A model generated the notes under the pieces. That model was not told where the DNA came from. It ran no database searches and saw nothing but the letters and a program-made list of their open reading frames with translations. The translations under genes were made by a program, and so were the position numbers. A stretch of DNA of 64,000 nucleotides from Pseudobythopirellula maris (GTDB lineage: Bacteria; Planctomycetota; Planctomycetia; Pirellulales; Lacipirellulaceae): contig NZ_SJPQ01000002.1 in the NCBI RefSeq assembly GCF_007859945.1, positions 410,279 through 474,278 of the forward strand, given 5' to 3'. How positions within the stretch are numbered: position 1 is the stretch's first letter; each line of letters begins with the position of its first letter. Of the stretch, positions 41,301 to 49,339 are shown one piece after another.

Positions 41301-42518
41301 CGACGACTTGCCGGCGCGCCACGTGTACGTGATGTGCTCCTCGCCCGTGCCCCAGAGCCAAATGTTCTGGTGCTCTTCGGAGAGGTCTTGCCACGGCGTC
41401 TCGAGCAATGTCCCCTCTTCGAGCCCGAGCTTGCGCTCCATCGTGTCGGCCACGCCCTGGAAGATGTGCCGCTTCCAGCGGCCGAGGTCTTTCCATTTGT
41501 CGACCAGCGCAAAGCAGCCCTGGGCGAACGACTTCGTGGGATGCTCGACCAGCCGCTCGGGATCGAACGAGTAGAACTCGCCGATGCCGTCGCAGGTGAG
41601 GCACATGCCGCGTGGGCTGTTGAAGCTGAAGAGCTGCGGCGAGGGGGGCTCGAAGCTCAGCCCGCAGGCGTTGCAGGCGAAGTCGGCCGACAGCGCGATG
41701 TCGCCAGCCTGCAGGCCGGTGCGGCGCTTCTTGGCCGGTTTCTTGGCCGACGGCTTCGACTCCGCCGGCGCCTCGGCCGTGTCGTCCGCCTCGTCGTCCT
41801 CCTCGGGGGCGACGATCAGGGCGCCATCGCCAAGCTTCAGCGCGGCGTCGACCGCCTCGCCCAATCGGCCGCGGATCGAGGGGCCCGCCGTCAGTCGGTC
41901 GACCACCGCCTCGATGTCGTGCCGCACCTGCCGGTCGAGCGTCTGCGACTCGTCGAGCCGCACCATCCGCCCGTCGACACGGGCGCGGACGTAGCCCTGC
42001 TTCTGCAGGTCCTCCAAGAGATCGCGGTGCTCGCCCTTCTGCTGACGCACCACGGGCGCCAGCACGGCGAACTTGCTCCCCTTGGGCAGCGAGAGGATCT
42101 GGCCGATGATCTGCTCGCGCGATTGGGCCGTGATCCGCTCGCCGCAACTCGGGCAGTGGCCCTCGCCGATGCGGGCGAAGATCACGCGCAGGAAGTCGTA
42201 GATCTCGGTGATCGTGCCCACCGTGGACCGCGGGTTGTTGCCCGAGGACTTCTGCGAGATCGAGATCGACGGGCTCAGGCCCGAGATCAAATCGACGTCC
42301 GGCTTGGGCATCTGGCCCAGGAATTGGCGCGCAAAGGTCGACAGGCTCTCGACATAACGCCGTTGACCCTCGGCAAACAGCGTGTCAAACGCCAGCGAGC
42401 TCTTGCCCGAGCCCGACACGCCGGTCAGACAGATCAGCTGGTTGCGCGGCAGCGTAACATCGACATCCCGCAAGTTGTGCTCACGGGCGCCGCGGATGAG
42501 AATATCGGAAGCGGGCAT
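35340..42518 (-). CDS. Giant tandem double-UvrA protein: two complete UvrA-like units (each with two ABC ATPase domains, Zn fingers and a UvrB-binding-like insert) plus a ~310-aa C-terminal domain of unknown function
   Basis: Single uninterrupted 2392-aa ORF. Four Walker A ([10 protein letters not shown] x3, [10 protein letters not shown]) and four LSGGE signatures. Unit 1 is aa 1-~1000 and unit 2 is aa ~1025-2000. The tail is aa ~2080-2392. Confidence 0.85.
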   Translation of the reverse strand: MPASDILIRGAREHNLRDVDVTLPRNQLICLTGVSGSGKSSLAFDTLFAEGQRRYVESLSTFARQFLGQMPKPDVDLISGLSPSISISQKSSGNNPRSTVGTITEIYDFLRVIFARIGEGHCPSCGERITAQSREQIIGQILSLPKGSKFAVLAPVVRQQKGEHRDLLEDLQKQGYVRARVDGRMVRLDESQTLDRQVRHDIEAVVDRLTAGPSIRGRLGEAVDAALKLGDGALIVAPEEDDEADDTAEAPAESKPSAKKPAKKRRTGLQAGDIALSADFACNACGLSFEPPSPQLFSFNSPRGMCLTCDGIGEFYSFDPERLVEHPTKSFAQGCFALVDKWKDLGRWKRHIFQGVADTMERKLGLEEGTLLETPWQDLSEEHQNIWLWGTGEEHITYTWRAGKSSQKYGGEFEGVIPELLEKYRSTQSQMQIRQLEKFMRVIDCPDCEGQRINDRARGVKITTANPAFAGAPTKSLPELCELSISEAGDYFADLVLSKPQRTIAEEAIKEVRGRLGFLAGVGLEYLSLNRTAPTLSGGETQRIRLAGQVGCGLVGVLYILDEPSIGLHPRDNDRLIETLTRLRDLGNTVVVVEHDEDTMRAADLLIDFGPGPGVKGGEVVAVGTADEIAKKRKSVTGAYLGGKRKIEVPKTRRLQDPPSPAGEGSAGFPTLTVVGARQNNLKDVTVEIPLGAFVCVTGVSGSGKSSLVNSILREALLRDLMKGKGKPGDHDRIEGVDQLDKIIAIDQSPIGRTPRSNPGTYIKVFDDIRNLYAQLPESKRRGYKPGRFSFNVAGGRCEACEGNGANKLEMDFLADVWVTCQVCAGKRFNRETLQVEYKGVSIADALEMDICQALEHFEAIPSINHKLSTLHAVGLDYLKIGQPSPTLSGGEAQRIKLAKELVKKSTGKTLYLLDEPTTGLHFADIEMLLNVLHNFADAGNTVLVVEHNLDVIKTADWLIDIGPEGGAGGGQVVFSGTPEALVEHTRDNPALRSYTGEALGPVLDGTMADKPTAKAPKRAAPQATHIEVRGARQHNLRGVDAKFPRDEMTVLCGPSGSGKSSLAMDTIYAEGQRRYVESLSSYARQFVGQMQKPLLDHIEGLSPAVAIEQRSMGHSPRSTVGTVTEIYDYFRVLFARLGAPYCPECETPIGTQTSDQVVDKVMAEPEGTKLQLMAPVEPAPNDSYAELWTQLRKAGFRRVRVDGQTHDLEDPPRIDRRQRHEAAVVVDRIVVKPSYRGRIAEAVESALSIGHGVMLVSYPEDERAEPRWRTRRHSQHLACDGCGRSFESLTPHNFSFNSELGWCPSCEGLGTQTGANPASMLRDDELTLAQGAVLLWPHLSNDLSKAMLAALAEHTGLPTDTPYNRLSARHRRVLLYGTGDEWVTLDEAASNEALGVSKSKKGKAGSSTSAPLKFQFKGLYPALEEASRLSPKLRSHLEHLVDEIDCSECGSSRLRDDASAVRFRSQTIDQIVNLPLGELLPTVQGWKLDKREKKIAGEIVREISSRVTFLVDVGLEYLTLGRTAPSLSGGESQRIRLASQVGSGLVGVLYVLDEPTIGLHPRDNTRLIEALQKLRDLGNTLLVVEHDKEVVASADRLIDFGPGAGVNGGQIVADGTPEQVSKKRKSVTGPYLSGKKAIMVPSNRRITAPEGGRENDEFLMTSDSDLETVEDYASFVLRRSLAQTLRVEGARHNNLKNIDIDFPLGVLTAVTGVSGSGKSSLVNEILFNQLARTLHRAGAVAGKHDRIRGLSHINKVIRVDQTPLGNSPSSNPATYTGAFDLIRQLFAQLPEAKLRGYTARQFSFNVAGGRCDACEGAGQTCVEMHFLPDVWIECEVCQGQRYNPDTLSVRYREKTIADVLAMPCAEALKLFSNIPKIRRVLKTLCDVGLDYVTLGQSAPTLSGGEAQRVKLASELARPDTGRTLYLLDEPTTGLHFDDLAKLLGVLHRLVDMGNTVVVIEHNLDVIKQCDWVIDIGPEAGKHGGEVVVEGTPEMLVEEMQAAGAGRASKKGKKKSKDAAAGVSANGKPNPAAASHTALALAPILAEGPYEERPLYDPAADDPDQQGDLDLDEVGEGVKMPWEEDGRRWHCQDRVARDGSSCLWEGKLLDRVERKIQSLGDFAPTNWNNRSIVEITGQKKSDGWFFHALTGERALVKLKFRTAKKTFQRDQLVMDLALKSLNDLDDVEAYGSGPRVQCKNLRGPWQEVQIAALTMRELDKPAFWEFVEKAVEGFQRFATRVEQNPEDLMPWKVLGQKWHLARKGFAPGKKVVWSTELLEELLEMVAESSPKGEFLWNNKVLVHRMVPGRTEPWATLVTKRPENVELALNGPKGAFQLGQITELGVEQELNVDREDRDTVRLKFVEQDDLARGDLAGFVAEHLEACLAAGSSA

Positions 42519-42674
42519 ATCGCGGCGTCGGCTTGGGGCCGACTAGCGGCTCGCCGAGCGGTGGGGGGTCGTGGGGAGGGGCGTTCCGTCGTCCCACGCG
42601 GCCACGGTGGTCGGCTCGCGCGGATCGAGCATTCTACGGCAGCCCCGGCAAACCGAGAAGGTTGGAGAACGAAC

Positions 42675-43391
42675 ATGCAGCGGATTTCGACGTCATTCCT
42701 TCAGGCGCTGCCGGCGCCCAGCCCTTTTTTCTTGCTGGCGGCGCTGCTCTCGGCCGCTTTGACGCTGGGAGAAGCCTCCCAGGCCGCGGCCGAGGGACGC
42801 TGGGCCAAGGCAATGGCCGGCTTCGCCGCGCAGGACGCCAGCGACCCGTATCCGCAGGGCGGCGTCGTGTTTGTGGGCAGCAGCAGCGTGCGACTGTGGG
42901 ACCTGGCTGCGGGTTTCCCCGACGTCGCCCCGACGCCGCTCAATCGCGGCTTCGGCGGTTCGACCATCCCCGACGCGATCGAGCACTTCGACCTGCTGAT
43001 CAAGAAGCACCAACCCCGGTGCGTCGTGTTTTATTCGGGCGACAACGATATCGCGGCCGGCCACAAGGCCGAGCGCGTGGCGGCGGACTTTGAAACCTTC
43101 GCCGCGAAGCTCCGCAAAGAGCTGCCCGAGTGCCGTTTGATCGTGATGCCGCCCAAGCCGAGCCCGAGTCGGTGGAAACGGGTGGAGGTCTACCGCGAGG
43201 CGAGCGCGGCGATCGAGGCGCACTGCCAGAGCACACCGAACTGCGAGTTCGTGGACGTCTGGCCCGCCATGACCGACGACGACGGCCTGCCGCTGCCGGA
43301 GATCTTCCGCAACGACAAACTGCACATGAACGAGCAGGGCTATGCGCTGTGGAACGAGCTACTCGGACCGCACATCGCGCCCCGCGAATAA
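42675..43391 (+). CDS. Secreted SGNH/GDSL-family hydrolase (PAF-acetylhydrolase-like)
   Basis: Signal peptide. GSSS block, FGGST, and DxxH at ...NDKLHMNEQGYALW. GGAGA RBS 6 nt upstream. Confidence 0.7.
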   Translation: MQRISTSFLQALPAPSPFFLLAALLSAALTLGEASQAAAEGRWAKAMAGFAAQDASDPYPQGGVVFVGSSSVRLWDLAAGFPDVAPTPLNRGFGGSTIPDAIEHFDLLIKKHQPRCVVFYSGDNDIAAGHKAERVAADFETFAAKLRKELPECRLIVMPPKPSPSRWKRVEVYREASAAIEAHCQSTPNCEFVDVWPAMTDDDGLPLPEIFRNDKLHMNEQGYALWNELLGPHIAPRE

Positions 43392-43525
43392 GCCGCATCG
43401 GAGCGTTCGGCGGTAGCCGACGACCTACGGTCGTCGGAAGCAGCGCTAACGAGCGTGGCCCCTGGCGCAGTCCGACGACCGTAGGTCGTCGGCTACGGAT
43501 GGCCGTTGTGCTGCTGCCAGCATCG

Positions 43526-44512
43526 TCAGAGCTGCGTGCCGATGGCGATCAGCACGGCGATGATGATCGCCGCCACAACGAGCGGCCAGGTGCGCACCTG
43601 GCGTTCTTCGGAATCGTCGCCCGCGGACAGGTTCGGGTCGAGCTTCGTCAGCGCCCGGGCGCCCTCCTCGCCGAACTCGTCGATCAGGTGCTGCAACATT
43701 AGCCCCTCGACGGCCCGCGCGCTGAACGGCCGGGCTTCTGGCTCCTTGGCCAGCAGGTGCAGGACCAAGTCGTCGAGCCACGCCGGGCAGTCGACGCCGC
43801 GATCCCGGAGGCTCTTGGGCTGCTTGTGCAGGTGCTGGTCCCACACCTGGGCGAAGTTCGAGCCTTGGTACGGCGGCTGGCCGGCGATCATCTCGTACAT
43901 CACGCAACCGAGCGAGTAGAGATCGGCCTTGCCGTCGATCCGCGCGTCGGCCGTGATCTGCTCGGGAGACATGTAGAGGTACGTCCCCACGGTCATCCCC
44001 TGCTGGGTGATGTCGCTCGTGGCGAACGAGTCGCGCGCGATGCCGAAATCGCCCAGCACCAGCCCACCGTCTTGGTTGAAGAACAAGTTGCTCGGCTTCA
44101 GGTCGCGGTGGACGATGCCGTGGTTGTGGGCGTGCTGCAACGCCGAGGCGATCTGCACGCCGTAGGCCGCCGCCTGAGGCCAAGGGATCCGGCCCTTCGC
44201 CATGCGGCCTTTGAGCGACCCGTGCTCGAGCAGCTGCATGGCGTAGAAATACTGCCCATCGAGAACGCCGCCGCCGTAGTTCCGCACGATGTGCGGGTGG
44301 TTCAGGCGCTCCATGATCATGATCTCGCGCTCGAAGCGGTCGACGATCTTGGGATCGCCCGACACGCTCGGCAGCAAGAGCTTGATGGCGACCGGTTCTT
44401 CGAGTTCCGGACTGGTGGCCCGGTAGACCACGCCGACCGTGCCCGAGCCGATCTGCTTGCCCAACGTGAAGTTGGTCTTGGTCGGCAGGAAACGGAGTTT
44501 GCTGGTCGACAT
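43526..44512 (-). CDS. Ser/Thr protein kinase with C-terminal TM anchor
   Basis: GKQIGSGTVGVVYRA...AIK, HRDLKPSN, DFG and SPE motifs. C-terminal LVVAAIIIAVLIAIG. Confidence 0.85.
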   Translation of the reverse strand: MSTSKLRFLPTKTNFTLGKQIGSGTVGVVYRATSPELEEPVAIKLLLPSVSGDPKIVDRFEREIMIMERLNHPHIVRNYGGGVLDGQYFYAMQLLEHGSLKGRMAKGRIPWPQAAAYGVQIASALQHAHNHGIVHRDLKPSNLFFNQDGGLVLGDFGIARDSFATSDITQQGMTVGTYLYMSPEQITADARIDGKADLYSLGCVMYEMIAGQPPYQGSNFAQVWDQHLHKQPKSLRDRGVDCPAWLDDLVLHLLAKEPEARPFSARAVEGLMLQHLIDEFGEEGARALTKLDPNLSAGDDSEERQVRTWPLVVAAIIIAVLIAIGTQL

Positions 44513-44684
44513 CGCAGGAGCGGGGCGAGCGATTGAGTGACGGGTTCGGCGCGTGGCGGTCGGGCCACCGCGATCGAGCGAAAGCCTATCATCCCCTGCC
44601 GGGGCCCGCGGAACAACCTCGGTCGCTGCCGATCGTGGCGCTGTATTGCGCCGCTGGCCATCTTTATTGTGCCCCCGGTCACCG

Positions 44685-44721
44685 TTATTTAGCCCCCGGT
44701 CAGTGACCGGGGGCTAAATAA
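44685..44721. terminator. Perfect 18-bp-stem hairpin ttatttagcccccggtca-g-tgaccgggggctaaataa, with partial extra arm copies on both sides
   Basis: Lies between the AKR stop (44746) and the kinase start (44512). Arm fragments are repeated at 44670-44683 and 44728-44742. Confidence 0.5.
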
Positions 44722-44745
44722 AGATCGCCGGGGGCTAAATAAGCT

Positions 44746-45945
44746 TCAACTTTGGCTGAGCCTTTTCACCTCGGCGCCGCCCAGCAGGTCGTTCGTTTCT
44801 AGGATCCAGCCCTCGATCCGGTCGGCGAACGGCGAATCTTTGACCGCCTTGGCAAGCTTCTCGCTGTCCCAATCGCCGCAGTTCGACGGGTTGAGGCCCT
44901 CGAACCAGTGCCCGCCGTTCCCCAGCAGGTTGTAGCGCATCTGGCCGTATTCGGTCATGCCGTAGGCCAGGGCCAATCCGCGCAGCCAGAGGATCGTCGC
45001 CAGGTTCATCATGCCGGGGGTCCGCTCCCAGTCGGGCAGTCCCTCCAGGTACCGCTCGGCCACGTCGGCGCCGACCGCGTCGCGCATCGCGGCGTCGAGT
45101 CGCTCGACGATTGGCCCGGTCAGCTCCGCGGCGCGGTCGAGCATCGGCAGCGCGGTCATCTGCAAGTCGAAGTCGCTGGGGCACGAGGCGCCGATGCTCA
45201 GCGTGTGCACCTCGGGGCGCGCCAAGCAGAACAAGCAATTCATCACGAGCGGGTGGAGCGGGTCGCACAGCTCGACCAGCCGCTCGCTCGGCTTGTAGAG
45301 CCTGCCCCCTTTGTCGGCGGGGCTGATGATAAAGACGCCCAGGTCGCGCTCGGCGGCGGCCGCCACGGCGGGCCAGTTGCGCTGGTAGATGTAGTACCAA
45401 TGCAGATTGACGTAGTCGAAGCCGCCGTGGGCCTCGGTGCGCACCGCGTCGAGCACCAGGTCGGGCGACGCGTGGGTCGAGAACCCGACGTGCCGCACCT
45501 TGCCCTCGGCTTGCAACCGGCGGGCCATCGCGAGGCAGCCATCCGGCTTGATCGTGTGCCAGTAGACCTCGTGGTTGTTGACGCCGTGCAGCCCCAACAG
45601 GTCGACGTGCTCCAGCCCGAGCCGGTCGAGCGACTCCTCGAACTGGTCGCGGAACACGAGGGCGTCGGCGTGCGGCTCGATCTTCGTCTGCACGATCAGC
45701 TCGTCGCGCGGCAAGGTCGGCAGCAAGACGCCGAGCTGCCGCTCGCTCGACCCGTAGCCACGGGCCGTTTCGATGTGCGTGACGCCCAGCTCCAGCGCGC
45801 GGCGGATCGTCGCCTCGAGGTTCGCCTGGTTGGCGGCCTCGACCTCGTCGAGCGGCATGTCGGTCCACGACTGCTGATAGCGCATGCCGCCGCAGCTGAA
45901 CACGGGCATCTTCAGTTCGGTCTTGCCGAAGCGTCGGTATTGCAT
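44746..45945 (-). CDS. Aldo/keto reductase family oxidoreductase
   Basis: MQYRRFGKTELKMPVFSCGGMRY...IETARGYG... matches AKR N-terminal consensus. The listed 899-aa ORF is a read-through artefact. Start set at 45945. Confidence 0.75.
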   Translation of the reverse strand: MQYRRFGKTELKMPVFSCGGMRYQQSWTDMPLDEVEAANQANLEATIRRALELGVTHIETARGYGSSERQLGVLLPTLPRDELIVQTKIEPHADALVFRDQFEESLDRLGLEHVDLLGLHGVNNHEVYWHTIKPDGCLAMARRLQAEGKVRHVGFSTHASPDLVLDAVRTEAHGGFDYVNLHWYYIYQRNWPAVAAAAERDLGVFIISPADKGGRLYKPSERLVELCDPLHPLVMNCLFCLARPEVHTLSIGASCPSDFDLQMTALPMLDRAAELTGPIVERLDAAMRDAVGADVAERYLEGLPDWERTPGMMNLATILWLRGLALAYGMTEYGQMRYNLLGNGGHWFEGLNPSNCGDWDSEKLAKAVKDSPFADRIEGWILETNDLLGGAEVKRLSQS

Positions 45946-45981
45946 GGACGGCACGATAAGGCGTGTGGCGCGCAAGAAAAA

Positions 45982-46003
45982 CCCCGGCCAAGCTTGGCCG
46001 GGG
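45982..46003. repeat. Palindrome C variant (ccccggccaagcttggccgggg)
   Basis: Perfect palindrome, centre AAGCTT. Confidence 0.8.
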
Positions 46004-46048
46004 TTGTGGGATGTCAAACGGCTCGCGCGCCGAGTGCGGTCGCGAAAG

Positions 46049-46070
46049 CCCCGACCAAGCTTGGTCGGGG
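46049..46070. repeat. Palindrome C copy (ccccgaccaagcttggtcgggg)
   Basis: Followed by gccgcgccgcc, as in the 59401 copy. Confidence 0.85.
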
Positions 46071-46100
46071 GCCGCGCCGCCCATCGGGACGCGCGGCCTG

Positions 46101-47294
46101 TCAGTTGCTCAGCGCCGCCTCGAGCTCCGACTCGGCCGATTCGAGCAGCTGCATGCCGCTCCCCGCCGTGTTCTTTTCGGCGGCGACGAACACTCCGTTC
46201 GACGCCTCCTCGGCCGAGCGGTCGCCGAAGCTGATGCCGAGCGCGCGGGCGGCCTTCACCGCGGCGCCCTGGGGGTCGACTTGGCGAATCTTGTGGACCG
46301 CCTCGAGGATCGGCACGCTGGTCATGTCGGGCGGTCGGCTGCAGATCATCTCGCCGAACCGGCCCTCGACGATCAGCCGCACCGCGTGGGCGCCGAACTG
46401 CGTGGCGAGCACGCGGTCGAACGTGGTCGGCTTGCCGCCCCGCTGCAGGTGGCCCAGCACGCAGAGCCGCGCCTCGCGGTGTAGCCGGCGTTCGATCTCT
46501 TCGGCCACGGTCCGCCCGACGCCGCCCAGCTTGACCTGTTGGCCGTCGCGGTGCTCTCCGACCATGCCCCCCTCGGGCAGCTCGGCGCCTTCGGCCACAA
46601 CGACCAGGGTAAACTTTTTCCCTTGGCTCTCGCGGTGCAAGATCTTGTGGCAGACGTTGTCGTAGCTCCACTCGATCTCGGGCAGCAGGATCACGTCGCC
46701 GCCGCCGGCGATGCCCGAGTGCAGCGCGATCCAGCCGGCGTGGCGGCCCATCACCTCGAGCACCATGATGCGCTCGTGGCTGGCGGCTGTGGTGTGCAGG
46801 CGGTCGAGGGCGTCGGTCGCGCACTCGATCGCGCTGTCGAATCCGAACGTGAACGCCGTGGCCGACAGGTCGTTGTCGATCGTCTTCGGCACGCCGACGA
46901 CCGGGATGCCGTTCTCGTGGAACTGTTGAGCGATGGCGAGCGAGCCGTCGCCGCCGACGCAGATCAGCCCGTCGATGCCGAGCTGCTTGACGGTTTCCTT
47001 CACGCCCTCGATCAGGTGCGGGGCGATCTCGACCCGGTCGTCGACGCCTTTGACGGCGGCGAAGCGGCCCTTGTTCGTCGAGCCGAGGATCGTGCCGCCC
47101 TGGCTCAAGATGCCGCGGGTGTTCGAGCCCGTGAGGTGCTTGTACTGCACCGGGTCGTAGAGCCCCTCGAAGCCCTTGAGGAACCCTACGCAGTCGTAGC
47201 CGAGCTGGTCGCAGCTCTTGTAGACGCCGCGGATCACCGCGTTGAGACCGGGGCAGTCGCCGCCGGAGGTGAGAACGCCGATTCGCTTGGTCAT
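46101..47294 (-). CDS. pfkA: 6-phosphofructokinase (ATP- or PPi-dependent not resolved)
   Basis: MTKRIGVLTSGGDCPGLNAVIRG, GGDGS, MGR and PKTIDND motifs. The ORF extends to 47411, but the start is set at MTKRIG. Confidence 0.8.
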   Translation of the reverse strand: MTKRIGVLTSGGDCPGLNAVIRGVYKSCDQLGYDCVGFLKGFEGLYDPVQYKHLTGSNTRGILSQGGTILGSTNKGRFAAVKGVDDRVEIAPHLIEGVKETVKQLGIDGLICVGGDGSLAIAQQFHENGIPVVGVPKTIDNDLSATAFTFGFDSAIECATDALDRLHTTAASHERIMVLEVMGRHAGWIALHSGIAGGGDVILLPEIEWSYDNVCHKILHRESQGKKFTLVVVAEGAELPEGGMVGEHRDGQQVKLGGVGRTVAEEIERRLHREARLCVLGHLQRGGKPTTFDRVLATQFGAHAVRLIVEGRFGEMICSRPPDMTSVPILEAVHKIRQVDPQGAAVKAARALGISFGDRSAEEASNGVFVAAEKNTAGSGMQLLESAESELEAALSN

Positions 47295-47489
47295 GATAAA
47301 CGTCGCTCGCTTGTGCGGGGTGCTGCGGCGGCCACGCCGGTCGTCGGCGCGTCGCGGTCCGAGCAAGCGTAGGTCGCCGCCGCGACAGAACGCCGCGTCG
47401 ACGAGCAACACGACGGGACCGTTGCCCGCATGAAGGCAGGCGCAACCGTCACAGCACGCAGGACAGGAGCAGGCGCCGCCCTGCGACGC

Positions 47490-48233
47490 TCAACGGCGTG
47501 GGCCGAGCCACTCCCGCCGCCCCAGCGTCGCGAGCACGCGCAGCGCCGTGATCGCCTCGCCCGTGTTGATCTTCGACTGGCCCGCCACGCGGTCGGTGAA
47601 CGTGATCGGCGCCTCGGCGAAGCGGGCGCCCTCACGCTTGAGCCGCCAGAGGATCTCTTCGAGGTAGGCGTAGCCGCCGGTGAGCACCGCGCTAAAGTCG
47701 AGCCGCGCGAGCAGCCCCACCCGGTACGCGCGGAACGCCCCGCTGCAATCGCCGATCGGCAGCCGCAGCATGACGCGAGCGGCGGAGTTCACCATGCGGC
47801 TCGCGACGCGCCGCTTCAGAGGCCAGCCCTCGATCTTGCCGCCCGGGCAGTAGCGCGAGCCGATCGCCACGTCCGCCTCGCCGCTGTCGACGAGCCGCAC
47901 GAGCTCGGGCAGGCGCTCGGGCGGGTGGCTCCAGTCGGCGTCCGTCGTCACGACGATTCCGTAGCCGTGCTCGATCGCGTGCCGGAAGCCGTCGTACGTC
48001 GCCGAGCCGAGCCCAAGCTTGCCGGCCCGGTGGAGGCAGCTCACACGCGGGTCACTCGTCGCACGCTCATCGCACCACGCGCCGGTGCCGTCGGGCGAGT
48101 TGTCGTCGACCACCAGCAGGTCGGCCGCGGGCAAGGCCTGCTGGATGGCGTCGACCAAGCGCGGCAGGTTCTCGAGTTCGTTGTAGGTCGCCACGACGAC
48201 CAGCACGCGGGGTTCGGCTCGTGAGTTACTCAT
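47490..48233 (-). CDS. GT2 polyprenol-phosphate mannosyltransferase (Dpm1-like)
   Basis: VVVATYNELENL, DDNSPDGT, DADWSHPP, GSRY and G.FRAYR motifs. Confidence 0.75.
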   Translation of the reverse strand: MSNSRAEPRVLVVVATYNELENLPRLVDAIQQALPAADLLVVDDNSPDGTGAWCDERATSDPRVSCLHRAGKLGLGSATYDGFRHAIEHGYGIVVTTDADWSHPPERLPELVRLVDSGEADVAIGSRYCPGGKIEGWPLKRRVASRMVNSAARVMLRLPIGDCSGAFRAYRVGLLARLDFSAVLTGGYAYLEEILWRLKREGARFAEAPITFTDRVAGQSKINTGEAITALRVLATLGRREWLGPRR

Positions 48234-48336
48234 TGGTAGACCTGTGGGAGGCGTCTCCGACGCCGATAGCGGTGTGTCAGCCGTTCAGTGCTCGCGGCGC
48301 GTTATCGGCGTCGGAGACGCCTCCCACATGAAGAAG

Positions 48337-49278
48337 CTACTGCCCGGCGATCGCGCGGTAGTAATCGATCGACCGCTTGAGCCCCTCGGCGAACGCGACG
48401 CTCGGCTCGTAGCCCAGCAGCTCGCGCGCCTTGCCGATGTCGGCCAGGCTCTCTCGAACGTCGCCCGCGCGCGGCGGGTCGAAGACCGGCTCGATGTTGG
48501 ATCCCAGGGCCGCGTTGATCGCCGCGATCAGGTCGAGCAGCGACACACGCTCGCCCGTGGCGACGTTGATCACCTGGCCCGCCGCCTGCGGGGCGTCGGC
48601 CGCCAGCAGGTTGGCCCGCGCCACGTCCTCGACGAACACGAAGTCGCGTGACTGGCCGCCGTCGCCGAACACGTGCGGCCGCTCGCCGGCGAGCATCTTC
48701 GTCACGAAGATCGGGATCACGGCCGAGTACTCGCTGTGCGGGTCTTGCCGCGGGCCGTAGACGTTAAAGTAACGCAGCGCCACCGCGTCGAGCCCCATCG
48801 ACTTGCTGTAGGCCATGCAGTACGCCTCGCCGGCGAGCTTGGCGGCGGCGTACGGCGAGAGCGGGTCGACCGGGTCGGTCTCGCTTTTGACGGGCGTCGG
48901 CCGGTCGCCGTACGCGGCGCTCGACGCGGCGAACACCACGCGTCGCACGCCCGCGGTGCGGGCCGCCTCGAGCACCGTCACCACGCCGGTAGCCGTGGCG
49001 CCGTGCGACTCCAGGGGGTTGGCCACGCTGCGCGGCACCGAGGCGATCGCCGCCTCGTGGTACACGACCTCGGCGCCATCGACGGCCCGGGCCACGGCGG
49101 CGGGGTCGGTCACGCTCCCCTCGACGAACTCGACGCGGTCGCCGAGATGATCGAGGTTCTTGCGGAAACCGGTCAGCAGGTTGTCGAGCACCCGCACCGT
49201 GTCGCCGCGCTCGACGAGCTTGGTAGCGATGTGAGAACCGATAAAACCGGCGCCGCCGGTCACGAGGTGCAGGGCCAT
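48337..49278 (-). CDS. NAD-dependent nucleotide-sugar epimerase/dehydratase (GalE/WbpP-like)
   Basis: MALHLVTGGAGFIGSH. YAAAK catalytic motif. Extended SDR fold. Confidence 0.75.
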   Translation of the reverse strand: MALHLVTGGAGFIGSHIATKLVERGDTVRVLDNLLTGFRKNLDHLGDRVEFVEGSVTDPAAVARAVDGAEVVYHEAAIASVPRSVANPLESHGATATGVVTVLEAARTAGVRRVVFAASSAAYGDRPTPVKSETDPVDPLSPYAAAKLAGEAYCMAYSKSMGLDAVALRYFNVYGPRQDPHSEYSAVIPIFVTKMLAGERPHVFGDGGQSRDFVFVEDVARANLLAADAPQAAGQVINVATGERVSLLDLIAAINAALGSNIEPVFDPPRAGDVRESLADIGKARELLGYEPSVAFAEGLKRSIDYYRAIAGQ

Positions 49279-49339
49279 AAGTCGAGCGGGGGGAGAGGAC
49301 GTAGGAGGGGTGTCGCGGGGAGGTACGGGTAACCCTACC

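Noticed and set aside
38406-43391. 1661-aa plus-strand ORF
   Set aside because: Antisense to the double-UvrA gene for most of its length. Only the last 239 codons (from ATG 42675, with RBS) are a real gene (SGNH hydrolase).
44746-47445. 899-aa minus ORF and 449-aa ORF 44735-46084
   Set aside because: The 899-aa frame is real only for its C-terminal 399 aa (aldo/keto reductase, start 45945). The N-terminal part is an Arg-rich alternate frame over pfk. The 449-aa ORF is an alternate frame.
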